Assembly: GCA_051942245.1 (NCBI GenBank)
Contig: JAVECL010000065.1
Coordinates: 1 to 64,000 of the forward strand
DNA length: 64,000 nucleotides
From: Trypethelium eluteriae
Taxonomy: Eukaryota
Reading direction: 5' to 3'
Below the pieces are notes generated by a model. It was not told the origin of the DNA. It ran no database searches and saw only the letters and a program-made list of their open reading frames with translations. Below, one piece after another: positions 24,724 to 38,480 of the stretch. Within the stretch, counting starts at the first letter, position 1; every line of letters begins with the position of its first letter. Made by a program: the position numbers and the translations under genes.

Positions 24724-25947
24724 TCAGCGACCTTTCAAACTCGCTTCTACGATTGCCTGCTCAGAATGCGGTGCGGGGTAGATCTTGTCCAACTGCAGTC
24801 CAGCCTTGTCCAATACGTCTTCAAACATCTCCTTCGTCCTTTCTTTTCCGCCCACGGGCATAAGAGCGATGTCCATCCATGCTGCTGTCCTTCCCTCGTG
24901 TGTGTCTACCCGAGTTGGGACAAGAACATCCACGAGCAGTAACTTCGAGTCTTTTGCCATCGCGCCGGCGAGGTTTTTGAGTATCTTGACCACGTCTTCG
25001 TCCGACCAATCATGCGTAACCTTGCGCAAGCAGTATGCCCTTGCTGCTTTAACTGGTTGCTCTGTGAAGAAGTCGTGCGCCACGGTCTTGACTTGCGCCG
25101 GTAGAAACTCCCGCTTTCGCGCAATTTCGATAGTCTCCGGACGGTCTTGTAATATCATCTTTGAGGGATCGAGTTTTGTGTGGGCTGCGACGATCGAGCC
25201 AATGAATTGGCCATGACCACCCCCGACATCAATGAGAATCGCTCGGTCTTCGGGGGTATCCAGCTTGTCGAAGTCGTAAAACCCGGTGATCGGGTCTCCT
25301 CTTGCCAACGCACCGAGACCTCTTTGGAATGCCTGCAGGCGTTCAGGTTGTGCAGCCACAACTTCAAATGACGTTTTCCCCTCTTGGCCCCAGGCCCACG
25401 AGTAGGGATTGTGGGTTGGAGAAGACGGTTCTTCTCGAACGCTTCTAGCATCAATGTACTCGGGGAATTTGAACATTGGGCTCATAGATTCATCATAACT
25501 CGATGGATATTAGCGATGCCTAACCTGCATGATGCTCCTTACCTCATGCTAAAGAAATCCCCTATGGGAGTAAGATAGGCCTTCGAGATAGCTGTATGGC
25601 CAAACTCATTTTGATTTGTTTGCAGTAAAAAGCCTTCTCCAGCGGCCAAACGAAGGAGTCTTTCTTGAGAGGCGTTAGTGCCATTGCTTTTAGAAATCCT
25701 GTTGGAGTTTACCAAGCAAAGAAGCTTGCACATTGGTGCTCTTAGACAAGTCCTGAATTGACGTGGTGCCATTGACGGGAAGCGCCTGAAGCACATTGAA
25801 CTTGAGAATGGATCGTATCGTAGCTGTTTCCATCACCTTTGAAAAATTGTAAGACAGGCCATAGAAAAGCAAAGATTGAAGGGTGTAATTGCAGGTTACC
25901 TTTTCGATCAGGCCCTTGGCATGCTCCATTGGATCCAATGATGCCAT
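24724..25947 (-). CDS. SAM-dependent O-methyltransferase (Methyltransf_2 family, multi-exon)
   Basis: Motifs LIDVGGGHG, ILQDRP, HDFFTEQPVKAARAY, THDWSDED and GGKERT. The N-terminal dimerisation/wHTH exons (..ERLLRLAA..) lie at 25540-25947. Confidence 0.88.
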
Positions 25948-28198
25948 CGTCACGTTGTCCTGGGTTATACGACACAAAAAGGGAGCACGAAATGCTGCTA
26001 GAGAAGATCAAGATGGAAGGGTATCGAGAGAAGGCAAGTATAGTGTAAGGATATAGCTGTGCAGAATTCGATTTATATACACTCTTTCCCAGTAAGGCGC
26101 GCAGCTCGATGCACTCGATACTCGTCTTCCTGTGTGGCCCTGCCCTTGAAACGCGTAACGCATGACTATGAAGTAATTTTACGCCCAAAGAAAAAAAGGA
26201 AATTCATGGATTTGCGCTGATTAACGTTCAGCGGCGCAGGGGGATGAAGAGACCTTGATTATTGTGGGTCAACGGTACGGTTCGTGACTCGTCCAGCCGT
26301 TCATTAAGGTACAATCTGATATTGCGTCGTGAGTAGATACCGGTAACAGAATTAGATTCCGTATGCCCGTCTCACAACGCTACCCCAGGATGCAGTTGAT
26401 CTTGTTGTTCGTCGATCACGATGGCGAGCTGCATCACAAGCACCCCACTTAGCAGCTGCCGTATTGAGGGCTCCTGTAATTCCATCTCGTAGGGGATACA
26501 ATCCGAGCGCGGCACCCACGTCTATAAAACTCCTGGTAGAGATAAGATCGATACATAGCGTCTGGTCGATAAAAAGCTTATCGTAGCGGTAGATTTACCT
26601 TATATGAAATGCATTGATAGGTCGTTGAATACCTGGCGTAATAGGACATATACTTACACCCCACAGCCCGCTAGCGGGAAGCCACGCGGTCTGCGCCACA
26701 GTGTAGGAGGTAGAAAAGGAATCATGGTGGAGAGAATTGGATTCTGAGGTACCTAACGGAAGCCACGGGCTGTGGGTGTGGAGGATGTGTTCCGAAACCA
26801 GACTAGCCTGGGCGGGTGTTCCGGGGAGCCTTCGGGAAGCCCGACACATATCTAATGCCGCCAAGTTTGTTTTACTGCTCTTGCGTGAAGACTTGCTTAC
26901 GGCACAAAGAAGCCACCACAATATGGTGAATCATTCACAGCATCATCTCCGGTGAAAGAACCGATAGCGCACGAAGAAACCACGACGACATGCAGAGCCT
27001 AGAGTAATAGGTCTGACGAAGGAACCTGCGGCGGTGCGAAGAACCCACAACACATTGGGCAGCGGAGATGACAGCAGTATCATCGACGATGAAGCTAAAG
27101 CGCAATCTTTCGTCTCATTAATCAGACTTGGATACAAGAGATCAGTATAGAACGCAATGCTTAGGAGCTGACGGGGACAAGGATCAAGATACATTCTTAA
27201 TTTAAACTTCTTGGCCGGAGTAGAAATTTTCAGTCTTAGATGTCACGAACCATCTGTTCGATTAGCTGAGAGCCTCGTTTCGGTAGTTGTTAAATCGACC
27301 GACGACGCCTCATCCGCTGATGTTACGTTTCTTGAATACGTGCTTGCGATGAAACATGTTGAATTGTGAAATAGCGTGGACCAAACCCTGCCGAAGGACA
27401 GTCAAAATTGTTGCAGGATGCCCTGCACCGGTCCCTTCCGTTATACTATGTATGGGTCGACCGGAAAATCAAGATTCGCTGAAGGATAAGTAGGTACAGA
27501 TTTCTTATGCAAGGCGGGACTTAGACTGATCAGCCAGACTAAATGCGGTAATCCTTACCTGAGGCACTGTTCGGCCGTTGCGAACCGACCGGACGCCGTA
27601 GAGCATAGTGCTGACGTGGGGGCTTGTCCATCTTGGTTTGGAACTCGGAGGTAGTAAATAAACAGAAGCAAATAGTGGATCAAAGGCCAAGATGGGATAA
27701 GATGGAATTGCTCATGGAAGCGGTGTCGCGTGGCTCAGTACATCAAATGATAACCCTTAGTTCTGACCTCATCGCTGATCCTTCACCCATGCTGTACGCT
27801 ACAGATAATCAGAAAGTATTCGAAAAGTAATCGAAATAAACATTGTTCCCCTCACGGAGGAAGACAGGTTCCTTTCCTTTTCAAATTCAGGTAAACCTGG
27901 CGCAGCATGGCCAACAGTGGCGTCATCGAGGTGCTTGAGATGTCGCCATATCAATAGCAAATTCGTGGGAGAGAATTCATCAAGTATACTTGAAAGAAAG
28001 TCATACAGTGAGCCAGCTTCTCCAAGCTTGACACAGGACTCTCGTGGAATCCTAAGTTGAACGCGTACCATGAGACATTAATAACAAACTCCCTAGAACC
28101 AGACGGATATACAACTCGATACGCTCATGGTCCTAGCAGTGAAATAACAAAGCCTGTTCGCCGATATGACAATCGAGCACGCAATGACCATCGTTGAT

Positions 28199-29816
28199 CT
28201 AGACCGTTGACTTTGCTTTTGCTGGAGATCCCCTCACTTCCGCCTCGTCATGGTCATCGTCCTGTCCTGGGTTCGCCGTTTCGTATTCCAAGATCTTGAC
28301 GAACTTGTAGAAAAATACCGATATCAGAGCTCCAGTCGCAGGTCCAACCCCTAAACATCGAAAACTTAGTTTGGTCAAGCTTTTGGGCTATCGATCTGAA
28401 CGATACTCACAGTATATCCAATGCTCTGGATCAAACTTGCCCGTCACAACGCAGGGCCCGAAACTCCTGGCTGGATTAAGGCTACCTCCCGTGTAATAGA
28501 CCCCCACGAGCTCGGCAACAAACAATGCGAAACCAATCCCGACCGGAGCTAGATACGTCGCCTTGTGCTTCTCTTTGGCAAGCATGAAGATGGTGAATAC
28601 CAGTTCCGCCGTCAGAATAGCCTCGATAAAGACACCCTGGGCGAGCGAAGTACCAGCTGAGAGGGTCGTCTTGACATCGAATGGCGTGGGGAAGAGAACC
28701 TTGACCAGCTCCGACGCAAGCATCGCCCCACTAAGTTGAGCGATGAGGAGAAGGAACGCTCGCAGGGGGGTAATAGCTCCTACAGCTGCCATTCCGAGAC
28801 TGACCTGTCCGCCGAGTCACTGGATCAGCAATGTCATGACTTCTCGCTCCATTTCGGGGGTGAAGGTGAAGGGAACTGCCTACCGCGGGATTGAACAAGC
28901 CACCCGATACGCGGAAAAAAATGAACACGTTGACCATAAGCGAGAGCCCAAATATCACAGCAACATAAAGCATTACCATTGGATTGAAGGCCGTAGACGT
29001 TCCAACTGCGGTTTTTGCAGCACTCGTGCCGGCGAAGGAAAGAAAGAGAAACATCGTCGTGCCGACAAATTCGCCAATTATCGCGATAAAGTCTGCGAAG
29101 GCGTCAGAATCATGTGCATCCAGAGAACCGCTTCACGAATACTTACGATTTTTGGCATTACTATTCATCCACATAGTCCAAGGTATTCTCATAATCTCGC
29201 TTGAGTCCTTGTGACTCAGCATGTGTGGCGGTCTTCCACCACCACCTCCACCTCTTCCTCCTCTACCCGGTCCACCGGCTCCATAGCCGTCCACATAATC
29301 ATCATCAGCGTAATCATCCTCAGAGTAGTAATCGGCTTTCGGAGGTGGTTGCCTGCTGTATCTTCCTGGCGGAGGACCTCTCGCGGATGAATAGCGTTGA
29401 AGTGAAACGGGTGGTGCAGAACGGCGAGTTGAATGCCTGTATCGGGGTTCATACTCTACATCATCAAATTCGTCGCGAGAATACGGAGACCTATAGTTGC
29501 CACCATAATTTCGCCGCTCGTCCCAATATCTCCAACCGGGCTCTCGGGCTGGCATCCAGCGTGTGACTTCATTGCCAGGGCGACGACTCTCGGATCGGCG
29601 CGGTTGGGCGTCATCATAGCCGTTGTCTAGGGCAAGAGGTGCTATAGTACTGACCTCTCGACGGTCTCGACTAACACGTGCTTCATCAGGAGGCTGAGGT
29701 TCGCTCGGACGGAGGAGGTGCTCGTTATCATCTTCAGAAGGCCGTGGAACGATCGTACCGTCTTTGGACTTTTCGCCATAGAACGATGGCAGCGCCGTGG
29801 GCTGCCCTTGAGACAT
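28199..29816 (-). CDS. Aquaporin (MIP family) with long disordered N-terminus
   Basis: Motifs GEFVGTTMFLFLSFAG, SGGLFNPAV, TGGSLNPARSFGP, HWIYW|VGP and KILEYETANPGQD. Several introns. Confidence 0.92.
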
Positions 29817-30734
29817 CGTAGTCTCTTCGGATCGATATTGAGAAGAATGCTCTGTGTCTGGAAGCTCGATTATGACTCTCGGATGATGGTGATGGCTCCA
29901 CCAAGAGTCACCGTTATGCCAAAGAGTAACGCACGTTTATTTTGGGTTATTGACACAGAAAAAGCATTGGAAGATCGGCTGGATACAAAAATTGAGGAGA
30001 ACTTCTGCGAACAATGCGGAGATGGGAAAGGCAGTGTAAACCAACCTTCTCACCTCTGGCAGGCCGCAACATTGGACAGCTTTAAGAGGCCCCACACGGC
30101 TTATAGCAACGTCCAACATTCCATGGCTTGGTACGAAACGAGAGTTCCCCCATCAATGAATTGGCGCAGCCTGGCTATCCATGTTAACTCATTCTATCTT
30201 TGTTAGAGGATGGACCACCAAGCCAGGATGTCAAGTTTCCTTTTCGGTGATAGCCCTCTATATCGCAAGCTGCCCAAGCTGATAATGCAGACCGCATTTG
30301 CATTAGAGCACGGCAAGACCCGCGACTATACAAGGCCGTTCCATGTGGTTGTGTGTATGCCCAGGCCAGTCGTCGCCCTATGTCTTATGGCCACGAGGCA
30401 AGCACGTCATAAGATTGGCGAACTCCTTTGATAGTAGGCATGAATTAGGCGGGCACCAACGCATTTGGTTTGGGCTTTGCATGGATTGAGCGGCCATAAT
30501 CGCCATATGGTCATACGAGGTGGTGATTGAAGTGGTGGAGTAGTGCAGTGGCGGTGGGCAGGAGTTGGCTCGGCACCTTCCGTGCGAATCGCCTCAATGG
30601 TTTCATCTGGGTTCAGGGTTCAGCCTTCCCAAGAATTTAACTTTGATGTGCGTCTGGACCTTTGTCTATGAATCGCAAGTTTAATGATGGATCGAACGCT
30701 GACATTGTGTTCATTGCTGACGTCAAAGGGGTAT

Positions 30735-33461
30735 CTACGAATTACGCTCAAACGCTCCCCTATCCCGCAGTCGCATCCCAGTCGACAGCCTCCACATCCA
30801 GCCGGCCCAGCCCTCCCGGGCTTTCCGATCTCCTTCGAGCTCCTTGACGCGATCTTCGACGTTAGTTACTTGATCGCTAAATTCCGCGACCCCAGCTTCT
30901 ACGTCTTCAACCTTGCTCCGCAGGTTGTTGATTTCGTATTCGAGCTTGGCGCTTAGTGTTTCGACTTCCTTAATGGCCTCTTGCAGCTGACCCTGCTCCA
31001 CCTCGACGACACCTTTCGACTGCTCCGTAAGAGCGCGGTAAGACTCGAGGCGGGGTAGATACAGCGTTTGCAGTTCCTGCCCGTCATGGTCCGCTTGAGC
31101 TTCCAGCTTCTGCAGGCGGGTAATCTTTTGGTCAACCCATTGCGCAACCTTTCCGCCGACGATTGTCATCTGCTCGCGCATGAGCTTGTCTCCATCAGCG
31201 AGGTTTATCTCGCGCCACAATGCGGACTTGGGATCCGAAGAATCAAGGGGACTATCTTCTTCCTCGCGCCAGCCAATGTCTTCCCAGACTAAGACACTGG
31301 GTTCCGCAATACTGAAAGAAAGATGGCGTGGCCACCAATTCTCGTGCTTGGGTGGAGGTGCGCGCAGATCAATACCGTCTATGCTGCGAGTGCGTCGTAG
31401 AAGTGTGCCTATGTCTTGGCCGGGAAAAGTGTCGGTAGGTAGCAGATCATCCAGATCCACCCCTCCATAGTTTGATCCCGCAATCGAAGGCTCTCTCATG
31501 CTCGGCTCGTATTGGAACGGTGGACCAAGCACATCACGTTTTTCCAGTTCCCCATTTGTACCTTTTTCCGGTAACAGCGTGGTTTGTGAGTCATCCGGAG
31601 TGTCAGTGATTGCTTTTGCAAACGCCGGTGAGAATTTGGAGTCCTCAAGGTGAGTTACAGCTCCCTGGTCTGTGAGATGAGAGAATGTTCTTTCCAGCGA
31701 GTCGTCGATAGACTTTGTACTTGTAGGGCTTGCAGGATCGGAATTTGTCCGGCGAAGGCTGGGAGGTGCGACTGAAAGCTGCGATTCATTGTGACCAATG
31801 CCATGGAATTCATCCCCGGTGTCGTCGTGCGAATGCTTCCCATGATGACTACGAAGACCAACTGCCCCTTTAAGTCGTCCGCCAGCTCTCTTAAGTACAG
31901 CTTTCTTGAGGTCCTGTTCTTTTTCATTCGTTCCCTCGGGGATTGGTTCCCTTGGACTTTTGCCGTGGACGTTACTCATGTTCCGTTTCAAGGGTCGAAG
32001 ATCTACAGTAGAGGAGTCCTTTCTACTCCCTTTCCATGAATAGCCCCCTTGGTCATCGGGCTCGAAGATCAAGCCTTCTTCCCCAGGCAGTCTGCTGAAC
32101 ATGTCACCATGGCTCTTCATAGGTTTCCCATACCACAGCCATTTTAATCTTTCACCGTGGATCAGTTGAACGAATCGCTCAATATCGACCGTTTCAACAT
32201 CTGCAATACCTGCCTTATCTCGACCACCAACAAATTCCATCATCATTTCTCCACCTTTTCCACTAATTTCAGCCATAGTAGACTTGACAGCTCTCGGCAC
32301 TGTCCATCCTTCGCTGTTTGCGGCTTTGACTGTGGCCTTGTGGAGGCGATCCAATGTCTTTCTGTCCAGTCTCCTGGTCTTGGTCAAGCGTTGGCTTTTC
32401 TGAAAGTACGCAACTCCTCGCTTAGTGCTCTCCGTGTCGAAGACATCTTTGGCAACAGGTGCGCCGTAAGCATGTAGTCGGTTCCTCGCGCCCGAAAGCA
32501 TCCCGAGCAACGCAGATACTGTAGTCGGTCCAAGTATGCCGTCGGTTGGCTCAATATTGTAGAATTCTGTACCCATCTCGACCCACCAGTCACTGATGGC
32601 TTTTTCTGTAATATCGCAAAGCAAACCATCCGCATACTCTTGTTCCAATTTTCCAAAAAGCACTAGAGCGACCTGACATAGTTTGACAAGCTCAATCACA
32701 GCACTGTAGAGTGGAATCTTCTCGCTCGTTCGGTAGAGTTGGTGAAATTTGGCTTGAGTAGCGCCGCTGGGAGATGCCAGAGTAAGACCTACTCTCCCAG
32801 AACAGCCAAGTCTTTTCAGGTTCTCATTGACGAAAAAGTCATCTCGATGTGCCTTGAGATCTCCGTCGGGGACAGACACTACCGTCAGAGAGGAAGGGAA
32901 GCCACTCAGATTTGTTACTGACAAGAAGCCAAGCGGCGTTTCCTTTCGACGAGCGTGAAATTGATTAAGGGCCTTGAAGTAGACTTTCAATCTCCGCGAC
33001 CAGCTGCTTTCGTCTGAGGGCACACTGAGAATTCCGACAATGATGGAATGTGAGGGATCCCCCGTGTAGGTTGTGATGACGAAGGTTGGCTGAGTGCGAG
33101 AGCAAGCCCATTGCTCCACAACGTAGAGCTCGTAGCCCTGCAATCGCCGTCGTCTTTCGAGAACGGTTGTTGAAGGGTCCTCTTCCAGGTATCTGGTAAC
33201 ATATCGTTGTCAGAATGCCCTAGCAGACTGACTAAGGCAGGCGAATAGGGTTACATACCTAAACGCAACAGGGTCCGTAAGGACAAGGCGCTGATGGCCC
33301 GGTTGTTGCTGTGGAGAGCCCGCAGTCCTCTCTGATGGGGAAGAAACAAGCGGCGAGTCCTTGGTCATTTTTACTGAGGATGCATCAGCACGACTTTCCG
33401 TGCCAGACGTCTCACGACGCTGGAATTTGCTGGATTGGTTGTTATATTGAGTGGCGGCCAT
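30735..33461 (-). CDS. Sin3-binding protein Stb2/Stb6-like
   Basis: Motifs LVLTDPVAFR|YLEED..GYELYVVEQWACSR, NENLKRLGCSGR, DGLLCD and EPTDGILGPTTV, plus a C-terminal coiled coil. Intron ~33195-33258. Confidence 0.85.
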
Positions 33462-33896
33462 GAATTAAGCTTGAAGCTTGGTCGTGAGACAGGTCTATGG
33501 TCGGTAATGCCATTGTCAGTCCGTGTCCGCAACGAAAGAGGCGGGGACGCAGACTCGACGAATACAAGCAAGGCCGCCAGAAATCACAGGCGCGGACTCG
33601 TCTGAAGGAGGTGATGGTGGGGCAAACGAGGGCGGGTTCGGAGGCAGAGGGGAGGGGAGGGCGAAGAGCTCATGCAGGTCAAGCTTCCGTCAGCGGAGCT
33701 CGCCACAAACTTTCTCATCATTCACCATCCCCACCAGTCACGCTTCTCAGATGACTACCTACCTCATGGAACCTAAGGTACGCTTGCCTTACTTGGCCAT
33801 CCGACGCGTACCCAATTGCTCTCTTTCCGGAGAGGACTTTGACTTAAAGAGTGGGAGTTAGTCTACCTAGGACTTATAGATCCGGCTTCTTCGAAG

Positions 33897-35257
33897 ATGG
33901 AGGCCTTGCTAGAGGAGCACCGTAGATACGATAACGTACATCTCGGTCACGCCGTCAACGACTGCCAGAGGACCATTGATCTTCTTGTTTCAGCACGGGA
34001 CACCATTGCAGCAGGTAAGTCGACTATCCGCCTGGCTCCAGGCTTTCGACCTGCTTCCGAGATACTAATCATTACTATGGACGCAGAACCCCAAAAGGCC
34101 TCGATAGCACTCGCAAAGCTCAACAATCCTGTTAAACAGTCTTTCGACAAAATTCATGACGATTTGAAAGCCATAAACTCTATTCAAAACAAATACACAA
34201 AAGCTCTAGACAAGGTTGGCGGCGCTTTAGTCTTGTCTCGTTGCTGCAATACGCTGACATGGTGTCGGTCCAGAAATTCAAAGATAAAACTCTCCCTGAC
34301 ATCGGGAACGATGTCCTAAGTTCTCAGTCACGCCTTATCAACCGAGCGATCGCCATGCATCTCCTTCGCGAGGGTCAATTCTCCGTTGCTTCCACGTTTC
34401 TCCAGGAAGCCGAGCCACAACCTGATGCTGCCGACGGCTTGATGCAAGATGTTAGAATGAGGGGTATGTGGGAGAGGGACATCGCCAACGTAAAACTTCA
34501 TTCCGAAGGCCTGCAGCAACAATTCGCAGAGATGTATCACATACTGCATGAATTGAAGCAGCAGAGGAACCTAGATCCAGCCATTCGATGGGCCCGAAGC
34601 AATTCAAAAAACCTTGACCAACGGGGGAGCAATCTCGAATTCGAACTATGCAGGCTGCAATTCGTAGCATTGTATCTGGGATACGGATTGCACAATTCGC
34701 CGAGCATGGGTGCAGTGCGAGCTTGGGAATATGCAAAACAAGAGTTCCCCTCGTTTCAGCAGCGTTACACCAAGGAGACAAATCAACTCATGGGTTCCCT
34801 GGTATACTCGGCTAATTTGACTGCTTCGCCTTATCGCCAGTACTTTTACAATGACAGCGCCTGGGAAGATGTTGCCAACTCATTTACCCGTGAGTTTTGC
34901 TCGCTTTTGGGTCTATCTGCAGATTCGCCGCTTTACATCGCAGCTACTGCAGGCGCAATCGCATTACCAACCTTGGTCAAACTCCGGGCCATCATGAAAG
35001 ACAAGCGAACGGAATGGACGACAGAGGATGAACTACCGGTAGACACGCCGCTCCCACCGGGTTATCAGTTTCACTCCATCTTTGTGTGTCCCGTATCCAA
35101 GGAACAGTCTACAGAGACCAACCCACCTATGATGATGCCCTGCGGACACGTCATATGCAAGGAATCCCTCGAGCGCATTAGCAAGAACTCTAGATTCAAG
35201 TGTCCTTACTGCCCAAGCGAAAGTCATTATCAAGACGCCAAACAAGTTTACTTGTAA
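33897..35257 (+). CDS. RMD5: GID/CTLH complex E3 ligase subunit Rmd5/Gid2
   Basis: LisH (INRAIAMHLLREGQF), CTLH (SNLEFELCRL), CRA (FCSLLGLSADSPL) and degenerate RING (FHSIFVCPVSKEQ..NPPMMMPCGHVI..FKCPYCP). Two introns. Confidence 0.92.
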
Positions 35258-35521
35258 TATACCCAGCTCGTGACGCAAGACCGTCTGTTCCGTTCCGTGA
35301 TCTTGCATCGAAAGGCGTTCAAGCAGCATTCTAACCACTTCAAAGGACAGATGAAGTTAGTGAAGTTTACGGCTTGTGAATGGAGATGCAGCCTAGGCTT
35401 ATATTCTCATGTCTATATACATTATTTTCATTCGTGGCATTAAATCTCGTCCAACTCCCTTAAATGCAGTGACATGCACACACGCTTAGGTAGCTCGCGC
35501 CTTCCCAATTGTCGCTATTTC

Positions 35522-37388
35522 CTATACCTGCGTATCTTCTTTTATAGTCTTCTCTTCCTCTATAGTTTTCTCTTCATCGCCAGCTTTTTCCTTATCCTTA
35601 AAACCCTGCTCCGTCTCGAGGGCGCGATCAAGTGGAAGACCTTTGACGAAAAGAGTAGAGATCAAAGCAATCCCCGACAAGACACACAATACAATCCAGA
35701 CATACTTCAAAGCCCAGGTATAGGCCTCTCGGAGCTGATATTTCTCGGGCGAGCCATCTGGCATTGCTTTTATGATCTGGACCAATCCGCTAGCGTCTCG
35801 CGAGTATGTCTGCGCGTTGGCTGCAAGAAGAGGATATGTCAACAACCGCTTTTCAATTTGGTTTTGGAAAATGACCCCTCCAATAGCGACACCGACTGCA
35901 TTTCCGAAAGCGCGGAAGAAGGCAAACATAGTGGCTGCATATCCCTGGTCTGCACTCGTGGCACTAGCCTGGGCACCCATTGCCATAGAGGGAAATAGAA
36001 TGCCCGCGCCGAGGCCTGAGCACAAGTTCAAAAAGATCCAAGCTGGGATGCTAGTGTCAACATGAAGGAGGATCAACAGGCCGCTGCCGATAGTCAGAAT
36101 TGTCCAGCCAGACCAGGTTGCCCAGCGGAAACGACCAGTGACTGCGACGACTGTGCCCGCCACGACTGCAGCTGGCGCGGTTGTGAAGCATTCAGGAAAG
36201 AGTGCAATTCCGCTGATAATGGGTGAATACCCTTTGACGGCTTCGTAATATAGCGGCAGATAGTACAGCACGCACCAGAGAATGATACCGTGCAAGAAAG
36301 TTTGCAGATATGTGGCTGCGGCGGTGCGGTTTTTGAAAACAGAGGTTCGAATCAGTGGTTCCGGTGCCCAGTACTCCTCATGGATGACGAAAACAATTAG
36401 ACCCACTGCACAAACGATGAGCGGCACTAACGTCCTCCAGGAATTCCAAGGGTACATGACGCCACCCCAGGTGACGGGTATCAGGAAACCTGTTGTAGAT
36501 CCAATGAAGAGAACCAGTCCGATCCAATCCACGCGACGCAATTTTTCTCTGAAGCTGCTCACACGGAATGCAAGACTGAGGAACACAATAACGAAGAAGG
36601 CTCCAGCACCTAGGAATGGCAAATTGATCCAGAAGATCCATCGCCAGCTCACATTTTGGGCGAATCCACCACCGAGCAAAGGACCAGTAACAGTGCCAAC
36701 GCTCCACATGGAACTGATGAAACTGAACCACTTCCCTCGTAGTCGCAACGGTACCAGATCAGTGACGACTATCTCAGTCAGGACCATAATGCCCCCCCCA
36801 CCGATGCCTTGCAAGCTACGACCAATCAAGATAATGGTGAAGTCGTTGGCGACAGCGGCGACAATTGCGCCCGCACCGAAAAAGATCATAGAGATCAGGA
36901 CGAGCGGCTTGCGACCAAAGATGTGCGAGAAGGAGCCGACGACGGGTTGGAAGACAGTCGAGGTCAACAGGAAGGAGGTGCCCGCCCAGAAGGCCTCGAT
37001 GGCGGATCCGCCGAGCTTTTCAGCCATAATCTGTGACTGTTAGCATTGGTCTGAAGCCAGCTTTAGGAGGAGAAGGAGGAGGCGCTGGACGGGTGTAACG
37101 TACGGGTAACGCGACAGAGATGGAAGTTGCATCAAGAGCAACCATCAATGTAAGTATACACAGGGAGACGAAGGCCATCTTGAATCTCCAGTTTGGATTG
37201 AAATCTTCGGCTGCCCTGACCTGTTCCCGGTGCTCCTTCTCTGAGGGCGAGGGCGAGGCCGAGGGAGAGGGCGACGACGAGCGATTCCCATCATCTGATC
37301 CTTCAGCCACAGCTTCATTTTCTGAGTTCGTGTGTGTCTCTGTTTCTTTTTGCATTGGTTCCGGCTCTGCTACTGGAGTCGACGACAT
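35522..37388 (-). CDS. MFS transporter, 14-TM drug:H+ antiporter (DHA2-like)
   Basis: Motifs LMVALDATSISVALP, FSHIFGRK, GRSLQGIGGGG, GPLLGGGF..WRWIFWINLP and RVDWIG. One intron near 37031-37104. Confidence 0.92.
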
Positions 37389-38480
37389 GTTCGATCGTCG
37401 AAGACTTTCTGTCGGCAGTAATTGCGGAAGCCTTTCACGTGCGCGGTGATTGATGGTAAAAGAAATTGCCAACTAATTAAACTCTTTGACTGATCTGTAC
37501 ACTGCTGCAAAGTGGTTTTCACTTTCGTAACATTGGTATGATGAGCATTCTCCAGGTAAACAATGGTGACAGGACAATCGCCTATTCGCCCCACTCCTCA
37601 CTCAGCCATCTATATATCCAAGATACCAACCACGAATTTGAGACGGGGAAACAGAAACGGAGATGTCATGGTCATCACGTCTCCGGTCCCAGGTGACCGA
37701 ATCATGGTGCCACACGCACCCTACTTTCTGCCTGCTCGGAAGAAAATTGCAATGGCATTCGCGCGGGCACAACAGTCAGGCCGGGTTTCGGGGTGCTGGA
37801 TGCGCTGAGTGAGTCGTAGTGTAACGCCGCCCTAATGAGTTTCGGTTGGGACGCAGAGGCCTTGCCTCTGCTTCTCTAGTCACAGAGGTCGTTATGCGAA
37901 GGAACGAATCACACCCAGACTTTTCAAGCTTGAAGATGCGCAGGATGACTCAGCCCCTTGCCAGTCGGCCTAATAATCTCCCCGATTCTTCTATTCGTCC
38001 GTATCGCCCTTTGGCCTGCTCTGCGATTATTTACGTGCGAATCAATGGCATGCCAGATTCTCAGAATTGGGTGTTGAGCAGCCGCTTGGCAAGATTTGTG
38101 ATGCTTCTGATCGGTGATGATAGTTGCTCCGCGCTTTGTTTCCACTCAACGAGTTCCTCCATGCATTAGAGCACCAGAGTACTGTATGTCCGCATTGCTG
38201 TACATCCTACGCACGTGTGGCACGGCACTCTGCAGCGGTACGAGCCGTTTCACTCATGCGCTAACTCCAAGCTTTTGTGATGCATTTCAATTCTAAATTA
38301 AAATGCTGATCATTATCTCATCGATGGTAGCTGTAGCTTCGTGAAATACTGGAAGGTCTTTTCTCTTAGATCGCCCGAGATAACCAAACCGTAAGCCTGA
38401 TTTCCTAATGAGGATCTTCTTGTTTGATCTCCTTTCCATGTGGCGAAATAAAGTGTTTGACCTTCCTTGCCGCCGCGGCT

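Noticed and set aside
27799..28071. 90-aa minus-strand ORF downstream of the aquaporin
   Set aside because: No recognisable motif and no convincing spliced continuation.
36282..37043. Long antisense ORFs (here, and 61137-61808, 54353-55030, 59344-59928)
   Set aside because: They overlap well-supported genes in other frames or strands and are explained by codon bias.
35522..37388. MFS transporter as borosin exporter
   Set aside because: It is 18 kb away and separated by housekeeping genes (Stb6, Rmd5). No evidence of linkage.
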